Virus record (IMG/VR): IMGVR_UViG_3300031933_000215
Coordinates: 1 to 64,000 of that record
Length of the DNA: 64,000 bases
Strand: one strand, 5' to 3'
The notes under the pieces were generated by a model. The model searched no databases. It was given only the letters and a program-made list of their open reading frames with translations, and had not been told where the DNA came from. Shown one piece after another: positions 1 to 9,197 of this stretch; position 1 is the first letter of the stretch; every line of letters starts with the position of its first letter. Made by a program: the position numbers and the translations under genes.

Positions 1-10
1 CCTTTCGGTT

Positions 11-56
11 AGGGAATAAAAGAGGCCCCGTGTGGGTGGAGCCTCTTTTTTTTTTA
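11..56. terminator. Bidirectional hairpin terminator downstream of nrdJb
   Basis: AAAAGAGGC...GCCTCTTTT inverted repeat with a T-run on +; on - it is followed by TTTTATTCCCT, the recurrent tail motif. Confidence 0.7.
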
Positions 57-61
57 GTCAG

Positions 62-793
62 TTACCCACACTTCGACCATCCGCAGTTCAGACAGGTCGG
101 ACACCCATCCAGCAGCTGAAGATCACCACCACAGGTCCCACAGTTGCCTACAGACGGCTTTTCGGTTTCTTCCGTGTCGTCTTTCGGATCAGGGGTTTCC
201 ACCGCTGGCGGTGTTTCTGGAGCCTGTACCGGCTGTGCACCTTCGATCATTTTTTCCAGCTTGATCTGACCGCCGTGTTCGTTCAGGAACCCACGACGGA
301 ACAGGATCTGTTGAATGGACCATGCAATGGCTGCCACCACGGAATCGTGGAACACTGGCTTGCCCCATTCGTTCTTACCGCACCGCACTGGCCCTTTGTC
401 CCAGGCCACTTTACGCAAGTCTTGGAGGGCTTGGGTGATGTACCCACCACGCGCCGCCAATGACAGGTTACGCATGGTCGCGGTGATCCATTGGTGTTCG
501 CTGGACAGCTGCCCGGATGGGATGAAGAACTCGATCGGCCGTTCAATGATGACGTCCTGACCGTCTACAACGCCCTCTACGGGGATGAAAGAGACCAACA
601 CATACAAACGGTGGCGTCCTTCGGCATCGTAATAGGTGACCTTCTCAGACACCGCTTCGAGGGACCCTTCTGGGCGACGCTCAATGCGGACCGTCAACGG
701 GTCGACGTCTTGACGGGGTGGTTCAACCGGAGTTTCGGCGTTCTCTTTCTTGATGTGAAAACCAACGATCTTGGAATTGATTTCTTTTGTCAT
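62..793 (-). CDS. nrdJb: Class II ribonucleotide reductase small partner subunit (NrdJb-like, TSCPD-type domain plus C-terminal Zn ribbon)
   Basis: Directly downstream of nrdJa; ends in CGTCGG...DGCPTCLNCGWSKCG, the zinc-ribbon end typical of NrdJ C-termini and of Pseudomonas-type NrdJb. Confidence 0.8.
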   Translation of the reverse strand: MTKEINSKIVGFHIKKENAETPVEPPRQDVDPLTVRIERRPEGSLEAVSEKVTYYDAEGRHRLYVLVSFIPVEGVVDGQDVIIERPIEFFIPSGQLSSEHQWITATMRNLSLAARGGYITQALQDLRKVAWDKGPVRCGKNEWGKPVFHDSVVAAIAWSIQQILFRRGFLNEHGGQIKLEKMIEGAQPVQAPETPPAVETPDPKDDTEETEKPSVGNCGTCGGDLQLLDGCPTCLNCGWSKCG

Positions 794-865
794 TGCGACT
801 GTCTTCTCGTTAATGTGTTCGCGGCCACCGTGGGGGTGGTCGTTTATGTCGGGTGGATGGGTCGA

Positions 866-2995
866 TCAGTACTTGCCGTACAGGCCTTCTTTCAGACTGT
901 CGTACAGGTTCGCCGCGACGTGTTCTTCGCCGTCGTACGTGACCTTATCGTTACCCTTGAACTCCATCTCCTCGCCGTTTTCCAACTTGAACACGTACGT
1001 GGTGTTGTCCAGGTCTTCTTCACGGACCAGCACGCCCTGGAACGCCTCGGGGTTGAAGCGGAAGGTGGTGCAACCTTTCAGACGTTGGTTGTACGCGAGC
1101 ATGTACAGGTTCTGGAACCGCTCGTACGGGAAGTCGGTCGGTACGTTCACCGTCTTCGAAATGGACGAGTCCACCCATTTCTGAGCCGCAGCCTGAATCG
1201 AGATGTGGTGTTCGGGTTCGATGTTTTCTGAGACCACGCAGTTCTTGGGCAGGTCTTCTGGCCCGGCTTCTGGGTTGACGAACGCGCGATACGCCAGCAG
1301 TTCGAACGAGACGACTTCAACCTGGGTCTTAGTCTTCTTCCCAGTCTCGATTACATTACGGTAGTACTGATGCGAGAAGGACGGTTCGATACCGTTACTG
1401 GCGTTGTTGCCCAAGGACAGACTGATGGTGCCGGTGGGCGCAATTGAGGAATGGTGAGTAAACCGGGCACCGGTCTTGGCCAGCTTCTCTACCAGCTCTG
1501 GGTCCACTTCAGCGATCCGCTCCATGTAACGGCTGTACTTGGCATGCAGAATACGGGCCGGTACCTGCTGGCCTTCCTTGTAGCCGTCTTCCACCAGACG
1601 CGGTTGTTGACGCAGGTGTTTGGCGGTCAGGCGTACCTTCTTACGCAGGGCCGGGGCCGGACCTTTCTCCAAGGCCAGTTCCAGTGCCATCTTCCAGCCT
1701 ACCAGCGCCAGCTCTTTGGTCACTTGATCGGTGAATTGGATCGAGTCCGGCTGACCGTAGGTGTAACCCAACATGGCCATGGCTGAGCCCAGGCCGAGGT
1801 AACCCATGCCGTGACGACGCTTCTCAACAATCTCACGCGCTTGTCCCTTCAACGGCAGGCCGTTGATTTCCACCACGTTGTCCAGCATGCGAGTGAAGAT
1901 GCGCACCACGTTGCGGTAACGCTCCCAATCGAAGCGGGCTTCGGGAGTGAACGGATCGATCACGAATTTGGTCAGGTTCACCGACCCCAGCAGGCAGGAA
2001 CCTTCCGGTGGCAGGGGTTGTTCACCGCAGGGGTTGGTCGCCTGAATGTCTTCACAGAACCAGTTGTTGTTCATGCGGTTGACTTCGTCAATCAACAGGA
2101 AGCCCGGCTCCGCGTAGTCGTACGTGGAGCGCATGATGGTGTCCCACAGGTCTTTGGCCTTAACCACATCCACCACCTCGCACGCCACGCGACCTTGATC
2201 GTCGTAAACGTAGTCGTCTTCCTTCACTGGCCAGTCGCGGTAGACCAGGGCGATGTCTTCGTTATCCAGGCAATCTTCTTTGATGGGGAAGGCCAGCTGC
2301 CAGTCTTCGTCTTTCTGAACCGCCTGCATGAATTCATCGGTGATCAACAGGGACAGGTTGAACTGACGCAGTCGTCCATCTTCACGTTTGGCCTGGATGA
2401 ACTCCATCACATCCGGGTGACCCACATCGAACGTGCCCATCTGGGCCCCGCGACGACCACCGGCACTGGCAACTGTGAAACACATGCGATCGAAGATGTC
2501 CATGAACGCCAGGGGTCCATTGGTTCCGGCCCCAGCGCCGCGAACGTGTGCGCCTTTATGACGAATGGTGGAGAACGCGTAGCCGATACCACAGCCCGCT
2601 TTCAATGTAATGCCCGCATCCCGGACGGACTCAAGGATATCCAACATGGAATCTTTGACAGTACGGGACACCGTACAGTTGATCAATGACACGGCCGTCT
2701 TGTGTTCGGCAGCCCCGGCGTTCGAGGTGATCCGACCGGCCGGAATGGCACCGTGTTCCATCGCCCACAGAAACTCCTTGTACCAGAAGTCCCGGAGTTC
2801 TTGGGTTTCCTCTACGTCCGCCAACGCGCGGGCCACCCGCTTGTACGTATCGGCCATGGTTTTATCAACAACATTACCGTGCCGGTCCCGCAGCTGGTAC
2901 TTGGAGCCCCAGATATCCACCGACGTATCCTGAAACGGGATATCGGAAGTGAAATTAGCGGACAAAGGTTTAGAATTTTGGGTCGATTTGGTCAT
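866..2995 (-). CDS. nrdJa: Adenosylcobalamin-dependent (class II) ribonucleotide reductase, catalytic subunit NrdJa
   Basis: PAGRITSNAG, SLINCTV, GGRRGAQM, RQFNLS, catalytic TNPCGEQPL, RRHGMG and SIAPTGTIS motifs; lacks the C-terminal part, which is encoded by the next ORF. Confidence 0.92.
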   Translation of the reverse strand: MTKSTQNSKPLSANFTSDIPFQDTSVDIWGSKYQLRDRHGNVVDKTMADTYKRVARALADVEETQELRDFWYKEFLWAMEHGAIPAGRITSNAGAAEHKTAVSLINCTVSRTVKDSMLDILESVRDAGITLKAGCGIGYAFSTIRHKGAHVRGAGAGTNGPLAFMDIFDRMCFTVASAGGRRGAQMGTFDVGHPDVMEFIQAKREDGRLRQFNLSLLITDEFMQAVQKDEDWQLAFPIKEDCLDNEDIALVYRDWPVKEDDYVYDDQGRVACEVVDVVKAKDLWDTIMRSTYDYAEPGFLLIDEVNRMNNNWFCEDIQATNPCGEQPLPPEGSCLLGSVNLTKFVIDPFTPEARFDWERYRNVVRIFTRMLDNVVEINGLPLKGQAREIVEKRRHGMGYLGLGSAMAMLGYTYGQPDSIQFTDQVTKELALVGWKMALELALEKGPAPALRKKVRLTAKHLRQQPRLVEDGYKEGQQVPARILHAKYSRYMERIAEVDPELVEKLAKTGARFTHHSSIAPTGTISLSLGNNASNGIEPSFSHQYYRNVIETGKKTKTQVEVVSFELLAYRAFVNPEAGPEDLPKNCVVSENIEPEHHISIQAAAQKWVDSSISKTVNVPTDFPYERFQNLYMLAYNQRLKGCTTFRFNPEAFQGVLVREEDLDNTTYVFKLENGEEMEFKGNDKVTYDGEEHVAANLYDSLKEGLYGKY

Positions 2996-3232
2996 TTGAT
3001 ACAGCCTTAATGATAAAGCATTTTTGGTGGTTAAGGGAAAAAATACGGCGACACGCCTTTTGAAGGATGCCGCCTGAAGAATTCGTCTGTTCGAGTTTCC
3101 TTAGGAGTACCCTTGAGCCGCTCGAACATATAATTGGCTCAAACTCATCCCATCAGGACGGGAGGTAGAATTTTACCAATGGAGTCAATAACATGTCATA
3201 TTGACTATACTTTAATGAGGAGGGAACAGCCC

Positions 3233-4093
3233 ATGGAAAACGTTCATTGTATCTACCATGCCAACTGCACCGACGGCTTTACCGCCGCTTGGGTAGTGAG
3301 TCAGCGTTACCCGAACGCGGTCCTGCACGCAGCCGCTTACGGTCAACCGGTACCGATCATCCCAAAAGACGCGGTAGTCTACATAGTAGATTTTTCGTAC
3401 GACCTTCACGAGCTGGTGGCCCTGGCTCAAGTGTGTAAGTCGGTTCATGTTCTGGATCATCACATCTCTGCTGTCCGCAAACTGAAGGATAAGGTGGCAG
3501 AGTCACACGACGTGTTTCAACTGCCTGATAACCTTGAGTTGTATCTGGATATTGAACGGTCGGGAGCTCGTTTGGCATGGGATTATTTCTTCCCCCGAGA
3601 GGACGAACTGCCCGATCTGGTACGGTACGTTGAGGACCGGGACCTTTGGAAATTCAAGTATGAGGACAACACCCGTAACTACGTCCGGGCACTGATGGCA
3701 CGTCCATTCAGTATCGACGCTTATACCGAGGTCCACGAAACCAAGACGCAGAAGATTCTCGACGAAGGCGAAGTGTTGACGACCAGTGACGAGCGTCACA
3801 TCGAATGGCACCTTCAAGAAGCCACTCGTATGGTGACATTTGAAGGCGTGAAGACCCCGCTGGTCAACGCACCCAAATACTTGGTATCCGAGATCACACA
3901 CCGTCTGGTAAAAGAACACCCGATCGTTCTGGCGTACCATGATTCACCGGATGGTCGCGTTTTCCGAGTCACGACGGACTCCGAGCGTTCCGGTTTCGAC
4001 GCCTCCCGTATTGCGGAACAGTACGGTGGTGGGGGACACACTGATGCCGCTGGGTTCATCGTGCCCAGCAACCACACACTTCACCAACTGTAA
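3233..4093 (+). CDS. DHH/DHHA1 family phosphoesterase (NrnA/NrnB-like)
   Basis: YHANCTDG, IVDFS, LDHH and C-terminal GGGGHTDAAGF motifs; GAGGAGG RBS before ATG 3233. Confidence 0.85.
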   Translation: MENVHCIYHANCTDGFTAAWVVSQRYPNAVLHAAAYGQPVPIIPKDAVVYIVDFSYDLHELVALAQVCKSVHVLDHHISAVRKLKDKVAESHDVFQLPDNLELYLDIERSGARLAWDYFFPREDELPDLVRYVEDRDLWKFKYEDNTRNYVRALMARPFSIDAYTEVHETKTQKILDEGEVLTTSDERHIEWHLQEATRMVTFEGVKTPLVNAPKYLVSEITHRLVKEHPIVLAYHDSPDGRVFRVTTDSERSGFDASRIAEQYGGGGHTDAAGFIVPSNHTLHQL

Positions 4094-4102
4094 GGGTTGT
4101 TC

Positions 4103-4435
4103 ATGAAAGGGCTTTATTCCAACCGAAACGATTTCCACGCCGTCCGCTGGTATAAGAACGGCGACCACCCCAACGACAACTCGGAATGGATATCCGGAGA
4201 TGGCGATGACCGTTTCTTGAGTGAAGGTCACGTGGTGCGTTATTACCGTGACCCCAGGGTTGCTTCTGACACCAAGTGTCAGAAATGCGGTCACATCATG
4301 CATGACCACGGATTCATCGATGCCGGTGAAGACGGTGCGGTGGTGTGTCCTGGCGACTGGATAATCAATTGCGAAGAAGAAGTCTACAAAGTAATGAGTC
4401 CTGACGAGTTCCAAACCTTCATTGACGAGTATTAA
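4103..4435 (+). CDS. Hypothetical phage protein with CxxC/HxH putative metal site
   Basis: ORF with KCQKCGHIMHDHG and VCPGDWII; follows the DHH gene closely. Confidence 0.7.
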   Translation: MKGLYSNRNDFHAVRWYKNGDHPNDNSEWISGDGDDRFLSEGHVVRYYRDPRVASDTKCQKCGHIMHDHGFIDAGEDGAVVCPGDWIINCEEEVYKVMSPDEFQTFIDEY

Positions 4436-4444
4436 CTCAAATTC

Positions 4445-4457
4445 AGACCTATATCAC
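4445..4457 (+). promoter_or_regulatory. Putative phage early promoter (AGACCTATATCAC)
   Basis: Same motif recurs upstream of genes at 33792, 34415, 38998 and 49002; resembles the AT-rich TATATTAC-type early promoter of phiKZ. Confidence 0.5.
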
Positions 4458-4493
4458 TCCAGTGAGACAACTACGAATAAACGGGAGTTTAAC

Positions 4494-4745
4494 ATGTCCG
4501 CTGATGTGATGATCATGATCGACGCCATGGTTCTTGAAGACCTGCTACTGACTCGCCATATTGACCGCTCGGCTCGCGCGGGTAAAACAAAGATACCTTC
4601 CCACGAAGAACAGTTGAAGGAGTACACTCGTACCCATTACGAGAACCTCGCTGAACTGCGCAAGATCGGAGGGGAGGAAGCCATTGATTTGTTGGTGACT
4701 TGTCTGCGGGAAAAGAAAACCACCGGTGATTTACTGGCCGCCTAA
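4494..4745 (+). CDS. Small hypothetical protein
   Basis: GGGAG RBS before ATG 4494; followed by a terminator. Confidence 0.6.
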   Translation: MSADVMIMIDAMVLEDLLLTRHIDRSARAGKTKIPSHEEQLKEYTRTHYENLAELRKIGGEEAIDLLVTCLREKKTTGDLLAA

Positions 4746-4747
4746 TT

Positions 4748-4790
4748 ACGGCATAGGAGCCTCCCATAGCGGGAGGCTCTTTTTTTTTCG
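4748..4790. terminator. Bidirectional terminator between convergent genes
   Basis: GAGCCTCCC ATAGC GGGAGGCTC hairpin; T-run on +, CTATGCCGT tail on -. Confidence 0.8.
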
Positions 4791-6965
4791 TTAAAACACG
4801 AAACCCACCTGAGGCATTCGACTTTGGCGAGCGTGTCGATTGAGTTTGTTCTTACGACTGCGCGTCTCATGTGCCTGTTTGATCATCGCGTCGATGGAAT
4901 TACCCATACTCTCTTGGATGTCAAACCGGCCTGACAATTGCTTCAGGCGCATCTCCAATTTGGAAATGGTCATTGGATCGTTCGCGACTTTCAGTTCCTC
5001 CATTAACCGGTTGAACTCGTTCATGTATTCTTTCTGTTGGTTATGGCGGTGCACCTCGGTCTTGGACATCTTAACCTTGTCAATCTCCGTGTCGGAGAAG
5101 ACTTTGGTGGCGTCGATGCCGTAAACGTCCAAGTGTTTCGCCTTGGTGCAGAACCAGTGAGCCAACAAGAAAGACACCACCATGTCGTCGTGGTTCCCTT
5201 GCGAGTGGTCAATCCGTCCGTTACGGATAGTCAACGACAGGATCTCATTGATCAACGTCTTATCGTAGATCCGCTTTCCGCCCAGACGAATGGCCGATTT
5301 CAAAGCAGCACCGTAAAGGTTATCCCGAGAGTGGGCCCCGGACCCGGAGGTGTTGAAACCGAAATACCGCTTGAACCGGTCGTAGAAATACGAGGGTCTT
5401 GCGTTAACCGGACGTTGGATTTCCTTCCATTCGGTACTGTACTTGTTCGGATCGTCCACGATTAGGTTGTAGATCCGTTTGAACGGGTCCACGCCTTCCA
5501 CTGTTAAGTGAATGATCATGGTGTCCAGGATAGCCATACCACTGGACTTTCGCTCAGGCACGAACGTGATGTTGGGGAAACGGATCAACAACTTCGCCAG
5601 CCATTTCGAGAACCGGCTGAGGTTCGTCTCGTTGTATCGGCCGGTGCAGATGACGTCGTGGGTGTAGGCATCGATGATGACCAGACCTGTGGCATCGTTC
5701 TCGGCACCAAGTGCGTCACTGGGATCGTTGCCGGCCACAAACTTACTGGACGCCATCCGACTTTCAATCTCGTGTTCCGGGATGTACCAACGAATGGTGT
5801 ACCCTTCCTCGGAGATGTCCATGTAATCGATTTCACGTTCCGAGCTTTTGACTGCTTCTTTCTCTTCCGTGTTCAGTGGTGACCCTTCGTTACCGGTGGT
5901 CCAAATGTTCAGGTAATCCCGGTCGGCGATTTCACCTTCGGATGCGGATTCCCGAAGTTTCTGGAACAGCCATTGATCGGTCTTACCCAGTTGACGATGG
6001 TTGAACGCGCCGTAGATCAACGGCTTTACGCCAGAGGATGCCAAATCCACAACCCGCTCCAACTCGGCCTGGTTCTTCAGATCGAAGTACCGTTCGTCCC
6101 AAATGGCACCGCCGGTTAGGAACCGGTAAGCGTAACCACCATCCCGGGAATTGATCTTACCTGCGGTTGTGGTGTATACGTTACCGTAAGGTTGGTTCAC
6201 CGACGCCGCTTCTTCCCGAGCGGCCGAACCGGAGGACAGGGCAACGGGTAGAGAGATCTCAATGAGGTTGATGTACGCCAGCTCATCGAAGTGCATGATA
6301 GGCACGGTCAGACCCCGGCCCAGTTTGTCGGCGGCGATCTTGTCGTTACGACCCACCGACGTCTTGTAGCGATTGCCGAGTTTGTGGTTGGTGATGATTT
6401 CACTGTTGTCGGCATCGATGCGGTTGGGGTAATAAATGTAATCGGGGAGCAGGGCCCGGATTTCTTTGAGGCGTTCAACGTTGTTGTTACGAAGCGCCAA
6501 ATCCTTAGTGATCAGGTTAATGGTCGTGTTACTGGCCCAGATGTCCTTCAGTCCGGTAAACAACACGTCCGCTGAGACCGACTTACCGGTCTGTCGGGGT
6601 TGGAGCAATCCAAAATCCACGTGGTTAAAGAACGACCAATACATGGCGATGTTGCCACGGTTCGCACGGAAGCGTACCGGGACCGTACCGGCGTTTGGTG
6701 GTAGTCGGGCTACTTCACGGAAGAAGTACCATGCGTTGTAGCGACACTCCATACTGATTTTGAATTTGGTTTCTTGTGAGAGGTCGGGATCGAATGGGTC
6801 GACGCCCACTAGGTCGGGTTGATACAACGCCAAGATGAATTCGGCGTTTTCAACCCCCATGTTCTTGTACAGGAACACCAACCGTTTGAACGATTCGTTG
6901 GTTGTGTTGTAGTCAACAATCGCCGTCGGGTAGTCATTCCAATCGTCTTTGAAGAGTATCGTCAT
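4791..6965 (-). CDS. terL: Terminase large subunit (phiKZ gp25-like)
   Basis: Walker A LLQPRQTGKS, Walker B MHFDELAY, nuclease domain AGNDPS...FVPERKS...HDDMVVS; position next to the tail genes matches phiKZ. Confidence 0.9.
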   Translation of the reverse strand: MTILFKDDWNDYPTAIVDYNTTNESFKRLVFLYKNMGVENAEFILALYQPDLVGVDPFDPDLSQETKFKISMECRYNAWYFFREVARLPPNAGTVPVRFRANRGNIAMYWSFFNHVDFGLLQPRQTGKSVSADVLFTGLKDIWASNTTINLITKDLALRNNNVERLKEIRALLPDYIYYPNRIDADNSEIITNHKLGNRYKTSVGRNDKIAADKLGRGLTVPIMHFDELAYINLIEISLPVALSSGSAAREEAASVNQPYGNVYTTTAGKINSRDGGYAYRFLTGGAIWDERYFDLKNQAELERVVDLASSGVKPLIYGAFNHRQLGKTDQWLFQKLRESASEGEIADRDYLNIWTTGNEGSPLNTEEKEAVKSSEREIDYMDISEEGYTIRWYIPEHEIESRMASSKFVAGNDPSDALGAENDATGLVIIDAYTHDVICTGRYNETNLSRFSKWLAKLLIRFPNITFVPERKSSGMAILDTMIIHLTVEGVDPFKRIYNLIVDDPNKYSTEWKEIQRPVNARPSYFYDRFKRYFGFNTSGSGAHSRDNLYGAALKSAIRLGGKRIYDKTLINEILSLTIRNGRIDHSQGNHDDMVVSFLLAHWFCTKAKHLDVYGIDATKVFSDTEIDKVKMSKTEVHRHNQQKEYMNEFNRLMEELKVANDPMTISKLEMRLKQLSGRFDIQESMGNSIDAMIKQAHETRSRKNKLNRHARQSRMPQVGFVF

Positions 6966-7076
6966 AACGGAAATCTCATTGGAAAAACGGTTAAGTCTAT
7001 ATAATCCTAGTGATAACAGGCCTTCTAAGGAAGTTATCTATAAAAAACTACGAATAAAATACTAGGAGAATTGCAC

Positions 7077-7463
7077 ATGTTTAAGAAACTTTTGACCCAG
7101 TTCCGTACCAAGGACTTTTCCGAATTTCCCAGCGAATTGAAATGTGTGGTGGCGGTGATCAACCACAAAGGCGACACTCAACCGTACATGGCCAAGCGGG
7201 AACACCAACACGGCCGCGCCCGTCACACCGTAGCCTTCCGGTTCGACTATCCGTACCAGCAGCGCACCATCCAAGGCATGCTGGACGAATTGATCCTGTC
7301 CATGAAAGGTATGGATCGCCCAGTCGCTCCGATCGAATACACTCAGATCGACGACGTGACTCTGGAAGTCACTTTCAACAAAACCTACCGTATGGGCGAT
7401 GGTCCTCGTCGCATTTACGACGCGTTCATCGAGCGCTCCATGGGTTCCCTGCGTTTTGCATAA
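7077..7463 (+). CDS. Hypothetical protein
   Basis: AGGAG RBS; divergent from terL; followed by a terminator. Confidence 0.7.
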   Translation: MFKKLLTQFRTKDFSEFPSELKCVVAVINHKGDTQPYMAKREHQHGRARHTVAFRFDYPYQQRTIQGMLDELILSMKGMDRPVAPIEYTQIDDVTLEVTFNKTYRMGDGPRRIYDAFIERSMGSLRFA

Positions 7464-7470
7464 GACATAG

Positions 7471-7522
7471 CCGACATAGTGCCTCCCCAAAAGGGGAGGC
7501 GGCTATGCTTATTTTTTTTTTG
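7471..7522. terminator. Bidirectional terminator
   Basis: GCCTCCCC AAAA GGGGAGGC hairpin flanked by CCGACATAG and CTATGCTT plus a T-run. Confidence 0.8.
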
Positions 7523-7523
7523 T

Positions 7524-9188
7524 TTAGGTTGGAACCCCTTCTCGGATGACCACCGGCAAGGCAGAAATACCCAACTGAAGATCGCTGTCGTACGTCCGAC
7601 GAATCCATTCGATGTAAACCAACTCGCCGCGTTTGAGGTCGTTGATTACAACCAACGCCTCGTCCCACTGATCAACAGTGAACTCCCAGCTGTTATGAAG
7701 GAAGCGAACCCGGAAATGCGTTGGTTCAGGAGGCAGAACTTCTGTCGCCTCGTTAACCAGTGGCTCAATACCGTAGTACAGTTCCTTCAGCCAAACTTCC
7801 TTGCTGGGCATTCCATTGGCCAGATACAGATGCCAGTAGTTGGTGTTGACGTATTCCAGATCGGCAATCAGATTCTGACCATAGCCTTGTTCCTGATCCG
7901 GGCGGAAGTAGACAACCCAGTTTGGTTGTTCGGCGTCGCCTCGGGCCATCAATGCAATCTGGAAAGACTGTACGTGCCGGTATTGGGCAAAACGACCGTC
8001 AACCTTGTTGAGATCCACCGCAACCGTGAGCGATTGCATGACACCATACTCGGTGGGGCGGAACGGTTGTGAATTCACGCCCATCTGAACGTAAGGTGTT
8101 GCGTTGTAGAACGTCTGACGATCTAGGTTGTACAGCCAGTACTCCAACCGGTAACCGCGCTCGGCGTCCTGCCAAATTGGGAAGACAAATAGCTTGACTT
8201 CGTACGCGCCGTCACGCGGAGCGGTCTTGGCCTTATACGGTACCGTGAGGCGTCGATTGGCAGTCGGTTCAAGGTTGTAGGAAACCTCGTCTTCTGCTAG
8301 GTTGTAGGCCAGAACCATCGGGAACTCTTGACCCACCACCGTCGCAATGTAGTTGTTGATTCCATACAAACTGAACTTACCACCGTCGATTGGCAGTCGG
8401 TGCTTACTACCATCACTGTAGTGAACCAGACCCGTCATGGGCAGGGACTCAACCGTCACGTTCAGAGGGAACTCGATCGTCTGCGGGTCGGCTGAACTAC
8501 TGAACGGTGTGTCGATGGAAATGGCCGAGACGTATTTGCGAGCTGTGTCTGGATGACGGATAGCCGCAGTGTTCTTGACCAACAGTTGGGCAATGCTCAC
8601 CACTTTCCCGTCTTGAGCGTATGCGACCAGCGTACACAACTCACCATCTTCCATCGCTTCGGTAGTGTATCCGGCCATGGGAGCCTTAACGACGTCCTGT
8701 TCCGCATCGGAAATTTCTACGGACTCCAAAGGAATGGAGGTTCCCAAGAAATTTCCACCACCATCGTAGAAAGTGGAGATTACCTTACCTTCATCCAAAT
8801 TGATATCCGACCCCAAGAAGACCTTGTAGTGGTCCACCATGGAACCATAAAACATCAAGCGGGAATCGGGCGACAGTGTATGGGGTGTAACCGATTGGTC
8901 CAAGAAAAGCCGATACGACTCAGAAACGTAACCTGGACCCGTGCCAATCAGTACATCAATCCCATCGTTATCCGTTTCCCGCTCGGGCATGTACCATGGG
9001 GTCAGTACTGACATCCCGGTAGTGTAGTCCACTTCGGTGACCAGCATGAAACCTTGCACGGGATCAAAAACTAAGTCTTGTGGGTTCGGTACCCATTTGC
9101 CATCACTGTCTTCAGTGACGATCTCATCCCTCCGCCAGATCCGGAACCCGCGATTGGGGTCCCGGTAATTCGTGTTAATCGTATTCAT
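7524..9188 (-). CDS. Virion structural protein, baseplate region (phiKZ gp26-like by synteny)
   Basis: 554 aa beta-rich ORF in the conserved block between terminase and sheath. Confidence 0.6.
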   Translation of the reverse strand: MNTINTNYRDPNRGFRIWRRDEIVTEDSDGKWVPNPQDLVFDPVQGFMLVTEVDYTTGMSVLTPWYMPERETDNDGIDVLIGTGPGYVSESYRLFLDQSVTPHTLSPDSRLMFYGSMVDHYKVFLGSDINLDEGKVISTFYDGGGNFLGTSIPLESVEISDAEQDVVKAPMAGYTTEAMEDGELCTLVAYAQDGKVVSIAQLLVKNTAAIRHPDTARKYVSAISIDTPFSSSADPQTIEFPLNVTVESLPMTGLVHYSDGSKHRLPIDGGKFSLYGINNYIATVVGQEFPMVLAYNLAEDEVSYNLEPTANRRLTVPYKAKTAPRDGAYEVKLFVFPIWQDAERGYRLEYWLYNLDRQTFYNATPYVQMGVNSQPFRPTEYGVMQSLTVAVDLNKVDGRFAQYRHVQSFQIALMARGDAEQPNWVVYFRPDQEQGYGQNLIADLEYVNTNYWHLYLANGMPSKEVWLKELYYGIEPLVNEATEVLPPEPTHFRVRFLHNSWEFTVDQWDEALVVINDLKRGELVYIEWIRRTYDSDLQLGISALPVVIREGVPT

Positions 9189-9197
9189 AAACTTTCC

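Noticed and set aside
2996-3230. Possible cobalamin riboswitch or NrdR box upstream of nrdJa
   Set aside because: No recognisable B12-box or conserved riboswitch core on the minus strand, and no convincing NrdR palindrome. An Infernal scan would settle it.
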